From positions 13,578,001 to 13,642,000 of the forward strand of contig NC_043003.1 in NCBI RefSeq assembly GCF_006345805.1: a DNA stretch of 64,000 bases, given 5' to 3'. Numbering within the stretch: the first letter of the stretch is position 1; every line of letters begins with the position of its first letter. A program made the translations under genes and the position numbers. The notes under the pieces were generated by a model, which was not told the DNA's origin, did not search any database, and worked only from the letters and a program-made list of their open reading frames with translations. This DNA comes from Octopus sinensis (lineage: Eukaryota). Below are positions 24,863 through 39,490 of the stretch, piece by piece.

Positions 24863-25460
24863 TATTTGTTTCAGTCAATTTGACTGTGGCCATGCTGGAG
24901 CACCACCTTTAGCTGAAGAAATCTACCCCAGGCCTTATTCTTTGTAAGCCTGGTACTTGTTCTATCGGGTTCTTTTGCCGAACCGCTAAGTTATAGGGGT
25001 GTAAACACACCGACATCAGTTGTCAAGCTATGGTGGATGGACACACACACACACACATATATATACACGACGGGCATCCTTCAGTTTCCATAATCCATCA
25101 CGCAGTGGGACTGAAACTGGAACCATGTGGTAGGGAAGCAAGCTTCTTACCACACAGCCATACCTATTCTTTTTACTTGTTTCAGCATGACCCTGGAGGG
25201 TTTAGTTGAACAAATCAACCCCGGTATTTATTCTATCGGTCTCCTCGGAGACGTAAATACACCAACACTCGTACACATATATTGATGTATATATACGATG
25301 GGCTTCTTCCAGTTTCCATCTACCAAATCCACCCCCAAGACTTAGGTTGACTCAAAGTTATAAGAGAAAACACTTGCCCAAAGTACTGTGTAGTGGGACT
25401 GAACCCAGAACCATATAGTTGTAAAGCTTAACTTCTTACCACACAACCACACTTCTGCCT
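24863..25460 (-). mobile_element. Two diverged SINE family 1 copies in tandem
   Basis: Colinear family 1 motifs occur twice. Confidence 0.75.
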
Positions 25461-25777
25461 ATATATGTAATAATCAAATTACATATTATGTACTTTATTG
25501 TGTTTTGCTATGCATAATGCCCAGGGCCTGAAGAAAAACTGTCTTGTATGAAACTAGTTCATGGTGTTAAAAGAGAGTCGCAAACCACTACTTTACCCAG
25601 CCTGAGACTGTCCCTGGTTTTATGACTATTAGTTGTAAAGCGGTCTAAATTAAAAAATTCCCATCAAAAACTTTTGTTACTTCGAAAACCAGCCTAATAA
25701 GAGCAAAAGCTATTTCAATAAAGTCTTCATTATTTTCGAAAGTAATTGAAACAAAGCAGTGTATTTCACCTAAAATA

Positions 25778-26178
25778 TACTCTTACTCTTTTACTTGTGT
25801 CAGTCATTTGACTGCGGCCATGCTGGAGCACCGCCTTTAATCGAGCAACTCGACCCCAGGACTTATTCTTTGTAAGCCCAGTACTTATTCTATCGGTCTC
25901 TTTTGCCGAACCGCTAAGTGACGGGGACATAAACACACCAGCATTGGTTGTCATTTCAAGCAATGCTAGGGGGACAAACACAAACATACACGCACACACA
26001 TATATACATATATACGACGAGCTTCTTTCAGTTTCCGTCTACCAAATCCACTCACAAGGCTTTGGACGGCCCGAAGCTATAGCAGAATACACTTGCCCAA
26101 GGTGCCACGCAGTGGGACTGAACCCGGAACTATGTGGTTGGTAAACAAGCTACTTACCACACAGCCACTCCTGTGCCT
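25778..26178 (-). mobile_element. SINE family 1, near full length
   Basis: All diagnostic blocks present. Confidence 0.9.
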
Positions 26179-28302
26179 ATGGTAATGAAAGTGTTAAAAT
26201 AATGTTACTAAGTCAGTAATTTTAGCTAAGATAAACTCGCAAGCTTCCTTGCTTCCATAACTAAGGTTTTTATAGGGTAAGGCATATACAAGTAACAAGA
26301 AAAAAAAATCCTGTCATCCTAACAAAGGGACCTTTATGCTATACCACTCCACCTGCGAGAATAAAGAGAAAAAAAAGTCAACTCTCCCCTTTTTTTAAAT
26401 GACACATTGGATAATGTAGTCTTAAATTCTCGCTATGACTAAAAAAAAATCCCTTATTTAGGTTAGAACACTTTTTGACCATAGGATGACACCACTACCA
26501 AAGCTAAATAACAAAAAGAAGAAAAAAAAGAGAAAGCTTTAATTGGTGTTAATTAATTGGATTTATAATTTATAAGATTTAATTAGGAATATAAAATAAC
26601 CGAGTTAAAACAATGAAGAGAGAATAATGACACTTTTAAAATTATTTTAGTAGTGACTTTTTCTCCTCCCTCACTCCCAGTTTGCTGCTGGTCTTGTCGA
26701 AGCCCTTACTGAAGGAGCTTCTATGTGGTAGTTCAACACGCTAGAAATAACAACCAAATCTCCCTTCAAACCACACTATATCTTCTAAGTGAATACTTGG
26801 CTTTCAGTAGGGAGAGGGAATCCTTTAATAATACACAGCATGTGTGTCCTTTGTGTCTGTGTTTGTCCCTATAACTTAGCGGTTCTGCAACAGAGTCCGA
26901 TAGAATAAGTACCAAGCTTAAAAAGAGGAAAAAGTACTGGTTTGTTTACACCCCTATAGTGGTACGGCAAAATGCATTGAGAGAACAAGTATCGGATTTC
27001 AAAAATAGAACTGAAGACAATTTATTTCAGTGAATCATGTAAAAGATAACTAAGATTAATTGAAACAATTAACAAACATTTCGCATTTAGATTACTTGAG
27101 AAATGTAATTTTTTATTCACATCGTTTCTAATCAATCCTGCATCCTCTCGTAGCTTTGAAATTTCAATGATGTGATTTATATAATTTTGGAATTACATTC
27201 TAGGGTAGGCATGAGAGGCCAGTTCTAGCCAGCTTGAACATAAAACAGGTAGTAAATTAGGGTCAGATATGACCATTTTAATTCTAAAGGGTTTTAAACT
27301 CCTAAAGATTCACTTCAGTTAAAACTTTTTCCTTGAGTTTAGTAAAAACTGATTTTTGTACCCATGACGAGGTTAATCCTAAAGCTGCCGAATCTCCTTT
27401 TCATTAAGCCATTCATTATGCTGACAATAATTATTGAAGGTACATGGGTCAGTGGTTAGAGTGTCGGGCTCACAATCACGAGGCTCTGAGTTCAATTCCT
27501 GGACCTGGTTGTTTTCTTGAGCAAGACACTTTATTTCACATTGCACCAGTTCACTCAGCTGTAGAAATGAGTTGTGACGTCACAGGTGCCAAGCTGTAAC
27601 TGCCTTTGCCTTTCCTTGGATAACATCAGTGGCGAGGAGAGAGGAGCCTGGTATGTACGGGCAACTGCTAGTCTTCATAAACAACCTTGCCCAGACTCGT
27701 GCCTCGGAGGGAAACTTTCTAGGTGCAATCCCATGGTCTTTCATGAATGAAAGGGGTCTTTACCCCTTTATGTTGACAACATAACATTGATTACATTTTT
27801 CACTGCATCTTCTATTTATTTCAGTCACTGGACTTTGCCCATGCTGGGGCACCACCATAAAGGGGTTTAACCCAAACAAATTAACCCCGGTATTCATTCA
27901 TTTTTTTCCCCAAGTCCGTTACTTAATTCTATTGTTCTCTTTAACCAAACCATAATGTTAAGGGAATGTAAACAAACCAACTCCAGCTGTCAAGCAGTAG
28001 CAGAGAAGACAAAAACAGGTACAAAGACACACACACGTCTTTTATCTTTTACTTGTTCTAATCACTTGACTGCAGCCATGCTGGAGCACAACGCTGAAGA
28101 GTTTAGTTGAATAAAATTGTCCTCAGTATTAATTTTTGAGCTGGTACTTATTCTATCCCTGTTAAGTTAAAAGGACATAAACAAACCAACACCGGTTGTC
28201 GAGAGGGGGTGTTGGACAAACACAAGAAACACACATCATGATCATTTAACACCCAACTGGCATCAGTTCGACATCATCGATTGATTGAGAGGTCAATTGA
28301 TA

Positions 28303-28816
28303 TACCATAATCCTTGAGTATAGTCTGCCCTTGAGTATAATACGCAGGGGATTTTTAGGGGGCTGTACCTCTGAAAAACCTAAACCTTGTGTATAATACG
28401 CACCCCTTCTCCAACTTGAGTCAAGGAGGTCTATATAACGTACTTGGTTTGTAAAAATGTATACAGTAATGTCCTTTATTATAATTGTATATATAACATA
28501 ATGCAAATGTGTAGCTTTTTTGTGCATTTTGTTTGCAGAAAATAAAGAAATAACAGTAATAACGTTTAATAAATGTAGCTTACTGCAAGTTATGGATGGT
28601 TCTTTTATGACTTCATTGCTTTCAGGCTTAGCTTAAGGTATTTTCGCGCCCGACATCACAAAATGCGTCTGAATGAACATTGCTGGACAGCAAATAGAGA
28701 CTCGGACATTGCTTAGAAAATAATTTTCATTTTTAACCTCGTATATAGTATGCACTAGGGATTTTGACCTTTAAATTTTGGGGGAAAATGTAGATTATAC
28801 TCGAGGATTTACGGTA
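28303..28816. mobile_element. Non-autonomous pogo/Tc2-like DNA transposon
   Basis: TIRs TA-CCATAATCCTTGAGTATAGTC and GATTATACTCGAGGATTTACGG-TA, with a TA TSD and subterminal GTATAATACGCA repeats. Confidence 0.75.
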
Positions 28817-29763
28817 TGTATTTTCAGGATCCAACAGAATCGAGGTATTTTAATAATAAAGGCACAAATGTTTCGAGGATAGTACACCTGTGTATTAACA
28901 GTGCACAAATACACACACACATGATTGGCTTCCAGTGTCCACTCTACCAAATTCACTCATAAGGTATATTGTAGAAGAAGCGTCAGTGGTTGGCATTAGG
29001 AAGGGCATCCAGCTGTAGAAACTCTGCCAGGTCAAGATTGGATCCTGGTGCAGCCATCTGGTTCGCCAGCCCTCAGTCAAAATCGTCCAACCCATGCTAG
29101 CATGGAAAGCAGACGTTAAACGATGATGATGATGATGATGATGATGAAGCCCAAGGTTGCCATGCTGTGGGATCGAACCCGAAACCAGGCAGTTGCAAAA
29201 CAAGCTTCTTAAACCACACAGCTATGCATACATACACCTATAACCTTCATACATCACCCCTCCACCTTACATCATTAAGGCTTTTAACAGAGAAACATAT
29301 CACCTTAGTTTTTTATCTATAACTAACTTAACACCTCCCAGCTACAAACACCCCTCACCACCTTTGATTCTCAGTTGAATTTAAGTCCTGTAGTATAAGT
29401 ATATAATATTCATACAGCAGCATCTTAACAGCTTTTTAAATAATATAACTAACTACAGGAACAATCACTCTTCACGTGGATATTTTCAGAGCTTCAATAA
29501 CAACTCTTAATTTATCTTGGCTTCATTTTCTTTAATCACTTCCCATTAACATGGAGCTAATTTCTATGAATGGCCATTAAATTAGCTTTGTTTCATTCAT
29601 TTATTCGTCCATTCATAGTCACTATTATTCACCTACATCTACTGCTCCGTTGCTCCTCCTTTCTCATTACTGCTATTAAGTGCTAGTATATGAACTTTGC
29701 AGGATAGAATCACATTACGGAAACAACACTCCGATTCATTTTTAACCAAACATGAGAAATATA

Positions 29764-29990
29764 TATTTCTTTACTACCCACAAGGGGTACTACCCATAGA
29801 GGGGACAAACAAAGACAGACAAACAGATTAAGTCGATTACATCGACCCCAGTGCGTAACTGGTACTTAATTTATCGACCCCGAAAGGATGAAAGGCAAAG
29901 TCGACCTCGGCGGAATTTGAACTCAGAACGTAACGACAGACGAAATACGGCTACGCATTTCGCCCAGCGCGCTAACGATTCTGCCAGCTC
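29764..29990 (-). mobile_element. SINE family 2
   Basis: Family 2 core with a flanking GAGAAATATA duplication. Confidence 0.88.
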
Positions 29991-30218
29991 GAGAAATATA
30001 GCTATGTTGGTAATATAAAAAAACCTCACCCCTTCACATGGGTAAATCTGTTTCTCATCATTTCTAAATGCATCTTCCCACCCTCAATCTGTTCTCATCT
30101 ATTCTTGGTCTGACTTAACTTCCAGCTCTTTAGCAGTTAAACAGGCTATATCCTGCATGTTTAAACCGGCCAGATCCAACATCTCACACCTACCCTACAA
30201 CGTCATTCTAAAAACAAA

Positions 30219-30351
30219 CTGGCTGTGTGGTAAGTAGCTGGCTTACTAACCACATGGTTCCGAGTTCAGTCCTGCTGCGTGGCACCTTGGGCAAGTGTCT
30301 TCTACTATAGCCTCAGGCTGACCAAAGCCTTGTGAGTGGATTTGGTATATA

Positions 30352-30388
<37 letters not shown>

Positions 30389-30622
30389 ATGTATGTATGT
30401 ATGTGTATGCATATGTTTGTGTGTCTGTGTTTGTACCCCCAACATCGCTTGACAACCAATGCTGGTGTGTTTACACCCCCCCGTAACTTAGCGGTTTGGC
30501 AAAAGAGACTGATAGAATAAGTACTAGGTTTACAAAGAATAAGTCCTGGGGTCAATTTTCTCGACTAAAGACGTTGCTCCAACATGGCCACAGTCAAATG
30601 ACTGAAACAAGAAAAAGAGTAA
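30219..30622 (+). mobile_element. SINE family 1 inserted in a piggyBac-like MITE
   Basis: MITE family A sequence is interrupted and resumes after the SINE tail. Confidence 0.85.
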
Positions 30623-32115
30623 CCACATCATCAAAATCTGCATGATTAATTCAAAACAATGTGAACAAATAAGCATTACGTTTGGCAGAGTACCCTGAAT
30701 TCTAAAGGGTCAGTTGGCAGTCGGTAATGATATAACTATCTTTTCCCCATTTCAGTCTTTAGACTGTGGCCATGCTGTGGCACTATTTAGAAGAATCAAT
30801 TTAGAATCAACCCCAGTAAATTTTTGTCAAAGTTTAGTATTTATTTATTCAATTGGTCTCTTTTTGTGGAACCATCAAGTTATGAAGACAAACACACACA
30901 CACACTCACATGTATATATATACGATAGGCTTCTTTCAGTTTCCACATGCCAAATCCACTTTCAAGGCTCTGGTTTGCTCAGGGCTATAGAAGACACTAG
31001 CCAAAGTTGCTACACTGAGGGACTCACAACAAAACCATGTGGTTAGCAAGCAAACTTCTCGCCACAGCCATACCAGTGCCTACTATATTTATGTTTGTGT
31101 GTGTGTGTGGTTGATGTAACTGACTAGTACCCACCCCACAAGTTTCAGGCCTTGTTCCTTTAGGAGAAAGGATTATTATAAAGTAAAGTGGATGGTGTAT
31201 GGAAAGGTATCCAGTCATAAAAACCATATCAAAGCAAAACCCACCCAGTCCACACTGTGAAGTGGTTTGTGTTAGGAAGGGTGTCCAGCCATAAAAACCA
31301 TGTTCCTGTTAAACCCGCCAACCTATGCCAGCATGGAAGATGGGCATTAAATGATGATGACCATGAATTTCTAGGAGGAAAAAAAAGAAAAAGAAATGCA
31401 ATTTTTGTCATCACCACACAGCATACATTTTGTAAAAAAATAAAATAATCTGGTGAAACTGGTGAAAATTTGAAATAACTTCAAGTGGTTGGAAGGAATT
31501 TTACAAGATCCAACATTGGCTCAACACACATACGCATATAAGGGTAGGCATACACATATAATCTTACACACACGCTTGTGTGTGTGTAATAGATATATCC
31601 ACTCTAGGTTTTCATAATGAGTATTCTTGTTCAATCAACTGAACCACCTACTCATTGTATTAGTAAGTGGTTGAGTATTCCACAGACACGTGTAATTCTA
31701 AGGCAGAATGAGAGTGATGCTGAGTATGACAAAGCTGGCCTGCTGAACTAGTTTCCATCTGCCCAGTTGTACTCACAAGCTTTGTTCTGATAAGAGACAA
31801 TGGTAAAAGACACTGGCACTAAATGCCACATATCGAGATTGGAACCTGGAACCTCATGATTGTGAAATGAACTTCTCAACAACCCAACTGTGCCATCTAC
31901 ACGTGTGTGTGTGTGTGTGTGTGCACACATGCACATAAATTCATACACATACACATAAATATATATACACACACACATGCATGTGTGTTTATATACACAT
32001 ATATATATACACACATACACATAAAAAATACTTGTATAGAAACATTTACATACAATTATACATACACATAATTAAGGACATAAAACACGTGTGCATATGT
32101 GTGTGTGTATGTATA

Positions 32116-32280
32116 TAGGAGTGGCTGTGTGGTAAGTAGCTTGCTTACCAGCCACATGGTTCCAGATTCAGTCACACTGTGTAGCACCTTGGGCAAGTGT
32201 CTTCTACTATAGTCTTGGGTCAACCTAAGCCTTGTGAGTGGATTTGGTAGACAGAAACTGAAAAAAACCCATCATATATA

Positions 32281-32324
<44 letters not shown>

Positions 32325-32545
32325 TGTGTGTGTGTATATGTTTGTGTGTCTGTGTTTGTCTCCTCAACATTGCTTGACAACCAATGCCGGTGTATTTAGC
32401 GGTTCAGCAAAAAGAGACCGATAGAATAAGTACTAGGCTTACAAAAAGTAAGTCCTGGGGTCATATTGCTCGACTAAAGGCGGTGCTCCAGCATGGCCAC
32501 AGTCAAATGATTGAAACAAGGAAAAGAATAAAAGGGAGTAAAGAG
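32116..32545 (+). mobile_element. SINE family 1, near full length
   Basis: All diagnostic blocks present. Confidence 0.9.
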
Positions 32546-34313
32546 TATATATATACACATACATACACACACACAAGCATGTTTAGAAATCTTGACACAT
32601 TTATCTATACATACATAATTACATACACATACATGCATGCACTCCCATGTCTACATATGAACACACATACACAAGCGCACGTGCGCAACAATGGTTTTGC
32701 AAAATTTCTTACTCAGTGCACCTTAAAACTAACAATTAACAGACAAACGGAATCACATTTTCTTGGTTTTTTTTTTTACTTGCACAAGATACACTGGAAT
32801 CTATTTTAGCGCCAGTAAAAAAAAAAATCACAAAAATAGATTCACCTGTAACGAAGACTAAGGTAATGTTTAATCATTCAGTTTATGTTGTATTTTGTTT
32901 ATAAAACTTCCTGTGAAATTTTAATAAAAATTCATGAATATTAAGAAAGGTGATTTGCAAAAGATAAATTAACAAGTATTGTGTGTACTTGTGGTGAAAC
33001 GAACTTTGTTGGTGCATGAGGGCTTTCTCAAGTTAAAATTAGCTTCACCCAAGCTCTCATCATCTATTTAAGACTTCAAAGCAGGTGCTACAATCTGAAT
33101 TCTTAATCTTTAGCTATTCAGATAAAATATATAAGCTATACACTGTGCACCAACTGACCCCTCGTCTCAAATTAAAGAGAGCAAGGCCAACCCCTTCCCC
33201 TTAATATGCCGAGAGAAAGAGAGAGAGAGGATGAGAAAAAGTGGGAGATGGGGGAAAGAGAGAGAGAATCAAATGTACTGTTATAGTCTTTAGTACTTAA
33301 ATTCAGTGACATTGTACAGCTCACACATCATACAAAGATTAGGAGTCTTCACCAAAGCAGTGTGTGTGTATGCACGAGTACATACACACGTACATCCAGC
33401 ACATATACACCCTGAACCAAAAGTGTAAAGTACAAGTAAGATTTAGTTTTCCAAACCGGCTCAGATGGCAGTAACTCTGAATAAGAACTGATTTCATCTA
33501 TGTTGACCCACCTAACCCATGCCAGTAGGGAAATCGGAGCTGTAAGGTAGGAAGTTTCCCTCTCGACCACATGGTTTCAGGTTCAGTCCCCCTGTGTGGC
33601 ACCTTGGACAAGTGTTTTCTACTATAGCCACAGGTTGATCAATCCAGTGCCTTGTTAGTGAATTTGGTAGAAGGAAACTGAAAGAAGCCTGTTTTGCATA
33701 CACACAAATGTGTGATTGTGTGTATATACACATGCATGAGTATGCATGTTTTTGTGTTTGTGTCTGCCACTCACCACCTGACAACCAGTGTTGGTTTGTT
33801 TATGCCCTCTGTAACTTTGTAGTTCAGCAAACATGCACACAGACACACACACACACACACATTAGAAAAATGTAATTAACAGAAGGTGAGAGAATATTCA
33901 TTGCTTTCCAAATGATAATATAATGGTGATTCTGTTTCACTGTCCAAGCATACCTAGTTTGACAACTTAACAATGTCAGGCAAGGAGCAGTAAGAACACA
34001 CACACACAACATGGTCACTACATGAAACCATGGTCTGTCCTATGAAAACACAAGGTAGATGAGACGACAACAACCACCACAGAAACATAGAGTAACTGCT
34101 CCATGAAGACAGGACATTACAGTTCCATGTTCCATGAACACAGGTTAATACAATTTGAATTTAAAAGCTACAACTATTCTACATTATTTAGATTTGACGG
34201 ATATTTGACCTCATCTTGTTTGTTGTTAACACGTTTCGGCTGACATACTCTCCAGCCTTCATCAGGTGTCTTGGAGAAAATTTTAAACAAGATGAGGGCA
34301 AATATCTGTCAAA

Positions 34314-34692
34314 CGGTGCAGGAGTGGCTGTGTGGTAAGTAGCTTGCTTACAAACCATATGGTTCCGGGTTCAGTCCCACTGTGTGGCACCTTGGGCAAG
34401 TGTCTTCTACTATAGCCTCGGGCCAACCAAAGCCTTGTGAGTGGGTTCGGTGGACCGAAACTGAAAGAAGCCCGTTGTATGTGTGTATGTGTGTGTGTCT
34501 GTGTTTGTCCCCCCAACATTGCTTGACAACCAATGCTGGTGTGTTTACATTCCTGTACTTAGCGGTTTGGCAAGAGAGACTGATAGAATAAGAACTAGGT
34601 TTACAAAGAATAAGTCATGAGATAGATTTGCTCGACTAAAGGCGGTGCTCCAGCATGGCCGCAGTCAAATGACTGAAACAAGTAAAAGAGAG
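34314..34692 (+). mobile_element. SINE family 1, near full length
   Basis: All diagnostic blocks present. Confidence 0.9.
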
Positions 34693-35991
34693 TAATTCCT
34701 CATCCCAAGTGTCTTCTACTATAGCCCAGGGCTATAGTAGAAGACACTTGCCCAAGGTGCCACTATCTGTTCCTCTTCAGAATGGAATATTTGGAAACTT
34801 ATTCCTGCAACAAAAAATCTATTCACTATGGTTACCAATATATCAATATTCGAATATCTATTTTCCATTTTGTATTCAATAAAGAATATATATATTTTTT
34901 TCTCTATTCTTCCTCCACCATTCAATAAAACATCAGTCTTTCTTATTTTATTTTCTTTCAATTTTCGATCATTTCTATATTTAATCCGGGTTTATTTCTA
35001 CTTCGATTAACAGCCTATACTCATTTCATCTAGTTTGAAGACTTTCCAGCTAGTTCTGTATCACATAGGTATTTATTAGTCAATAAATTATAAATTAAAC
35101 TGCATTAAGCCATAGCTATTTCCCTCAGTGGTGTGTTTTACTTTCTAGCTGCAGTGTAATAAATCAAGCACAATTCAACAACTTATTAAGCTTAAATGAC
35201 GGAATTTTAGAAGTTACATAAATTTCAGAAAAGACTGTTATAAAAAGATACCTTTGAATAAAAGGATTCAGAGGAAAGCTTTAATCACAGAGAACATGTA
35301 TTGAAATTCGCTTTCTCATCTTACCTCACTTATATTTCAAAAGTGAAAAGAGAGAGAGAGAGAAAATGCCAAGAGATTTAATTATAAGATTAAATACCAC
35401 GACATTCAATAGCATAGGAACTAACAATGAAAAACACCCATGGTTCTTATCTCTACTTATTGAATATTCTGCTGAGACAGTCTTAATTCAGCTAAAAGAA
35501 CGTACAACCATTATGGCAGCAGCATCACAGAGAATTGTACTAAGTAAAAAAAAAAAAAAAAAAAAGATAGAAAAAAAGAAGCAAATAAAATTAAAAAAAA
35601 AGTTTATGAATTAAATTGAATAATTTTCACAGCAACCAGTTTTTTTTTAATGTGAGTGTATGTGTGCGCGCGTGTGTGTGTGTGTGCTTAGGTGCCAGTT
35701 ATTTCTTTAAAAGAAAATCCACAGAGGTTTTTTTTTTTAAATTTTTTTCAAAAATTATTATTTTTTTTTTTATTCTTCTTAGATATATTCAAATCATTCT
35801 ATTTGCCAGAAACTCAACATACGACACTTGAGTGGTGTATATTTCACACAAGTGTGTTTTATAATCTCCACAGCTGTCGGTGTACTTTCTATGCACCATG
35901 AAATTGAATGCAGTACTTTCACTCCATGTTAATGAATACTGCACTACAATCACAGCTGTTACTGCTGCACACTCCATGACAGTGAGCACTG

Positions 35992-36026
<35 letters not shown>

Positions 36027-36217
36027 CTTGGCAGCACTGACTTACACTTCATATTGATTTCTTCCTTAGGCACAAGGCCTTGTATTATTTTGGTCTGGCT
36101 TGTTAATTTCTGAATCTCGCTAGGGTCAACATGGCTCTGCTTTTCATCCTACTGGGACCAATAAAGGCGCTAATCAAGTTCTGGGTCCACAAGATATTGT
36201 ATCATTTTGCTCTGGCT

Positions 36218-36619
36218 TACTCTTTTACTCTTTTAGTTGTTTCAGTCATTTGACTGCGGCCATGCTGGAGCACCGCCTTTAATCGAGCAACCCGACCCCA
36301 GGACTTATTCTTTTGTAAGCCCAGTACTTATTCTATCGGTCTCTTTTGCCGAACCGCTAAGTAACGGGGACATAAACACACCAGCATCGGTTGTCAAGCA
36401 ATGCTAGGGGAACAAACACAGACACACAAACACACATATATATATATACATATATAAGACGGGCTTCTTTCAGTTTCCGTCTACCAAATCCACTCACAAG
36501 GCTTTGGTCGGCCCGAGGCTATAGTAGAAGGCACTTGCCCAAGGTGCCACGCAGTGGGACTGAACCCGGAACCATGTGGTTGGTAAACAAGCTACTTACC
36601 ACACAGCCACTCCTGCGCT
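36218..36619 (-). mobile_element. SINE family 1, near full length
   Basis: All diagnostic blocks present; among the least diverged copies. Confidence 0.92.
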
Positions 36620-37511
36620 TGATATGTAATGAAACTTATTTGGGTCAAATTTGCTTTCTTTCTCAACCCTACTGGTGTCGATAAAATTAGGTACCAGTGA
36701 AGTTCTGGGTCCATAAGATCTTGTGATGTTTGCTCTGGCTTGCATTGAATTTGCTTTGCTTTGCTTTTCATCCTACCGGGGCAAATAAAATAAAGTACCA
36801 GTCATAAACTGGGTCTATTTAATTAACTGCTGACTGTGGGGCTCTGATGACAGGTGAAGTGACACAGTAGTGGTTGGAGCGCATTGTCATCACTTCCAAC
36901 AGAACACAACACACAAACCGTAATGTGATGGCTGTCTCTTGTAGTCTTAAGAAAGATGGTTCCTCAGTCTTTAGCTGAACCTGCTCAAAGGATCTATTTA
37001 TAGTGATCAAATGTATGAGATGTACATTAGTTCGCTTCCTCCATCAAATTGACGTTACTTCAACAGGTGCATGGTGTACCCTGTACCAAGTGTTGAAGTG
37101 ATGAGCTGAAGTGTTCTGCTCAAGAACTCAATGCACCACCCAATCCAGGAACTGAAACAATGATCTCATGATAGTGTGTGCAACACTCTAATCCTTATGG
37201 TTTGGTTGGCCCAAGGCTATAATAGTAGAAGACATTTGTCCAAGGTGCCAAGAAGTGGGACTGAACCTGGAACCATGTGATTGGAAGCAAGCTTCTTACC
37301 ACAGAGCAACATCTGCTCCGTTCTTTGTAATTTTGTTGTAAATGCACTTTATTCAGTAAAGTGAGGAAAGCCTGGTCTCTATAGATAACAAGATGAGGCT
37401 ATGAGAAACAAGACTTAACAGGAATATGTGTGAGAACTTGGTTTTGGTAGAAACAAAATCAGCAAACATATCTTGTAAAAGAAGAAGAATAAAATGAATA
37501 AAGTTGTTTTC

Positions 37512-37857
37512 TCATATTTGTTTCAGTCAGTTTGACTGTGGCCATGCTGGAACACCACCTTCAGTCGAACAAATTGACCCCAGGACGTATTCTGTCAGTC
37601 CCTTTTGCCAAACTGTTAATTTACGGGGATGTAAACACACCAACATTGGTTGTCAAGTGACACACTAACATATACATACACACACACACACCTATATACA
37701 AGCTTCTTTTAGTTTCGATCAACAAAATCCACTCACGAGGCTTTGGTTGGCCCAAGGATATAGTAGAAGACACTTGCCCAAGATTTCATGCAGTGGGACT
37801 GAACCCAGAACCGTGTGGTTGGTAAGCAAGCTTACCACACAGCCACTGCTGTGCCTA
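37512..37857 (-). mobile_element. SINE family 1
   Basis: Colinear family 1 motifs. Confidence 0.85.
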
Positions 37858-38949
37858 TGTTTAATAATTTTTATGTCTAGAGTTCCCATAAATATGGGGT
37901 GTATTTCAAAGATATTCCAAGAGTAAAATGGAATTAAAGACCAACAGAGAATTAAAGACCAAATACAAGGCAGGGGAACGAAAAACACAGAGATAGATAA
38001 ATATGTAATGCATCCGAGATCGAAACAGATGAAGCAGTAATAGCATGGGGACATTGCTGTATCCACCATTTGTTGGTGATACCCGACTACACCTGGTGGA
38101 TGACACTGTGGCACCACTCGGGTAACAACCCTCCAAGCCATGGGTATGTTTGGGTAGTCGTTGCTGGTGAGGGTTTTTATAAGGTCGGAGTGCAAATCCT
38201 ACCTCAAACTATTTTAGTTGCCTTTTATGACATGCAGACGAAACATTGGATCTATTCTTTGGCGTGCTGGCCCCAAAACAGCACTACAGCAATGTGAAAT
38301 GAAGTGTTTTGCCCAAGAACACAATGCACTATTTGATCTGGGAATCAAACCCATGATTGTCAGATTGCGAGTGCAACATCTTAACCACGAGGCCACACAC
38401 TTGAAGGTTCCAAAAAAAAAGTTTATTTAGAATTCTGTAGAAAAAAAATCCCAAAAAACTTCCATTTTAATAAACAAAGAAAATTATATATATTTTTTTA
38501 AGAATTTGGTAATTTGGCTCTTTCTTTCTAGCATAAAAAGGAATGACCAATGATGGGTCCTATCATCTCGTAAGAGTTAAGAGAGCCATTATAAATTAAA
38601 ATTTCATTTTCTAAACAACCAATAAATTCAAGTGTTTGAAATGCAGCCTTCTCCTTAGATATCACACAAATCTTCCAATACTCCTCAAAATAGTAATAAT
38701 AATAATAATGATGATGATGATGATGATTGCTTACACTGGTATCAAAACCAATAACAACAATTGTTTCCTTTAATAAGTCACAACAACAACAACAAAGATA
38801 ACTTAGGATTTGAACTTAGAAATCACAATGTGCCCTTAATGCTTCCAACATATAAGATATTTGAAAGGGAAAAACAGTAGAAGCACACTAGGAACTAACT
38901 TATAAGTTAACTCTTCTACTCTTTAATGTCCTGTTAGTGTTTCTGACGC

Positions 38950-39490
38950 AGGTACAAAGTAGTTTTGAAGGGAGGGGCTTAGTTGATTGTAACAACCTCA
39001 GTACCAGTTATCGTATTCCCAGGAGGGATGAAAGGTTAAGAAAAGGCAAATTTGACCGTAGAAGGATTTGAACTCAGAGCATCAGGAAAAAAAGGTTTGC
39101 AGTAACTCTTCACATTCTAATAATTCTTATTTCTTTACTACACACAGAGGAGACAAACGGATTAAGTCGATTATATCGACCCCAGTGCATAACTGGTACT
39201 TATTTAATCCACCCCAGAAAGATGAAAGGAAAAGTCGACCTCGGCGGAATTTGAATTCAGAACGTAGCGGCAGGCGAAATACCTACTTCTTTACTACCTA
39301 CAAGGAGCTAAACACAGAGAGGACAAACAAGGACAGACAAACGGATTAAGTCGATTACATCTGGTACTTATTTAATCGAAAGGCAAAGTCGACCTCGGCG
39401 GAATTCGAACTCAGAACGTAACAGCAGACAAAATACCGCTAAGCATTTCGCCCAGCGTGCCAATGTTTCAGCCAGCTTGCCGCCACATTC
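38950..39490 (-). mobile_element. Tandem SINE family 2 cluster
   Basis: The core GTCGACCTCGGCGGAATT occurs twice, plus a decayed third unit. Confidence 0.8.

Noticed and set aside
25519-25566. CTGAAGA...GAAACTAGTT with palindromic ACTAGT
   Set aside because: Stems I and II do not pair convincingly; at most a very decayed relic.
35905-35955. Small hairpin with partial similarity to miR-33
   Set aside because: It needs two deletions in the mature sequence and the stem is too short for a pre-miRNA.
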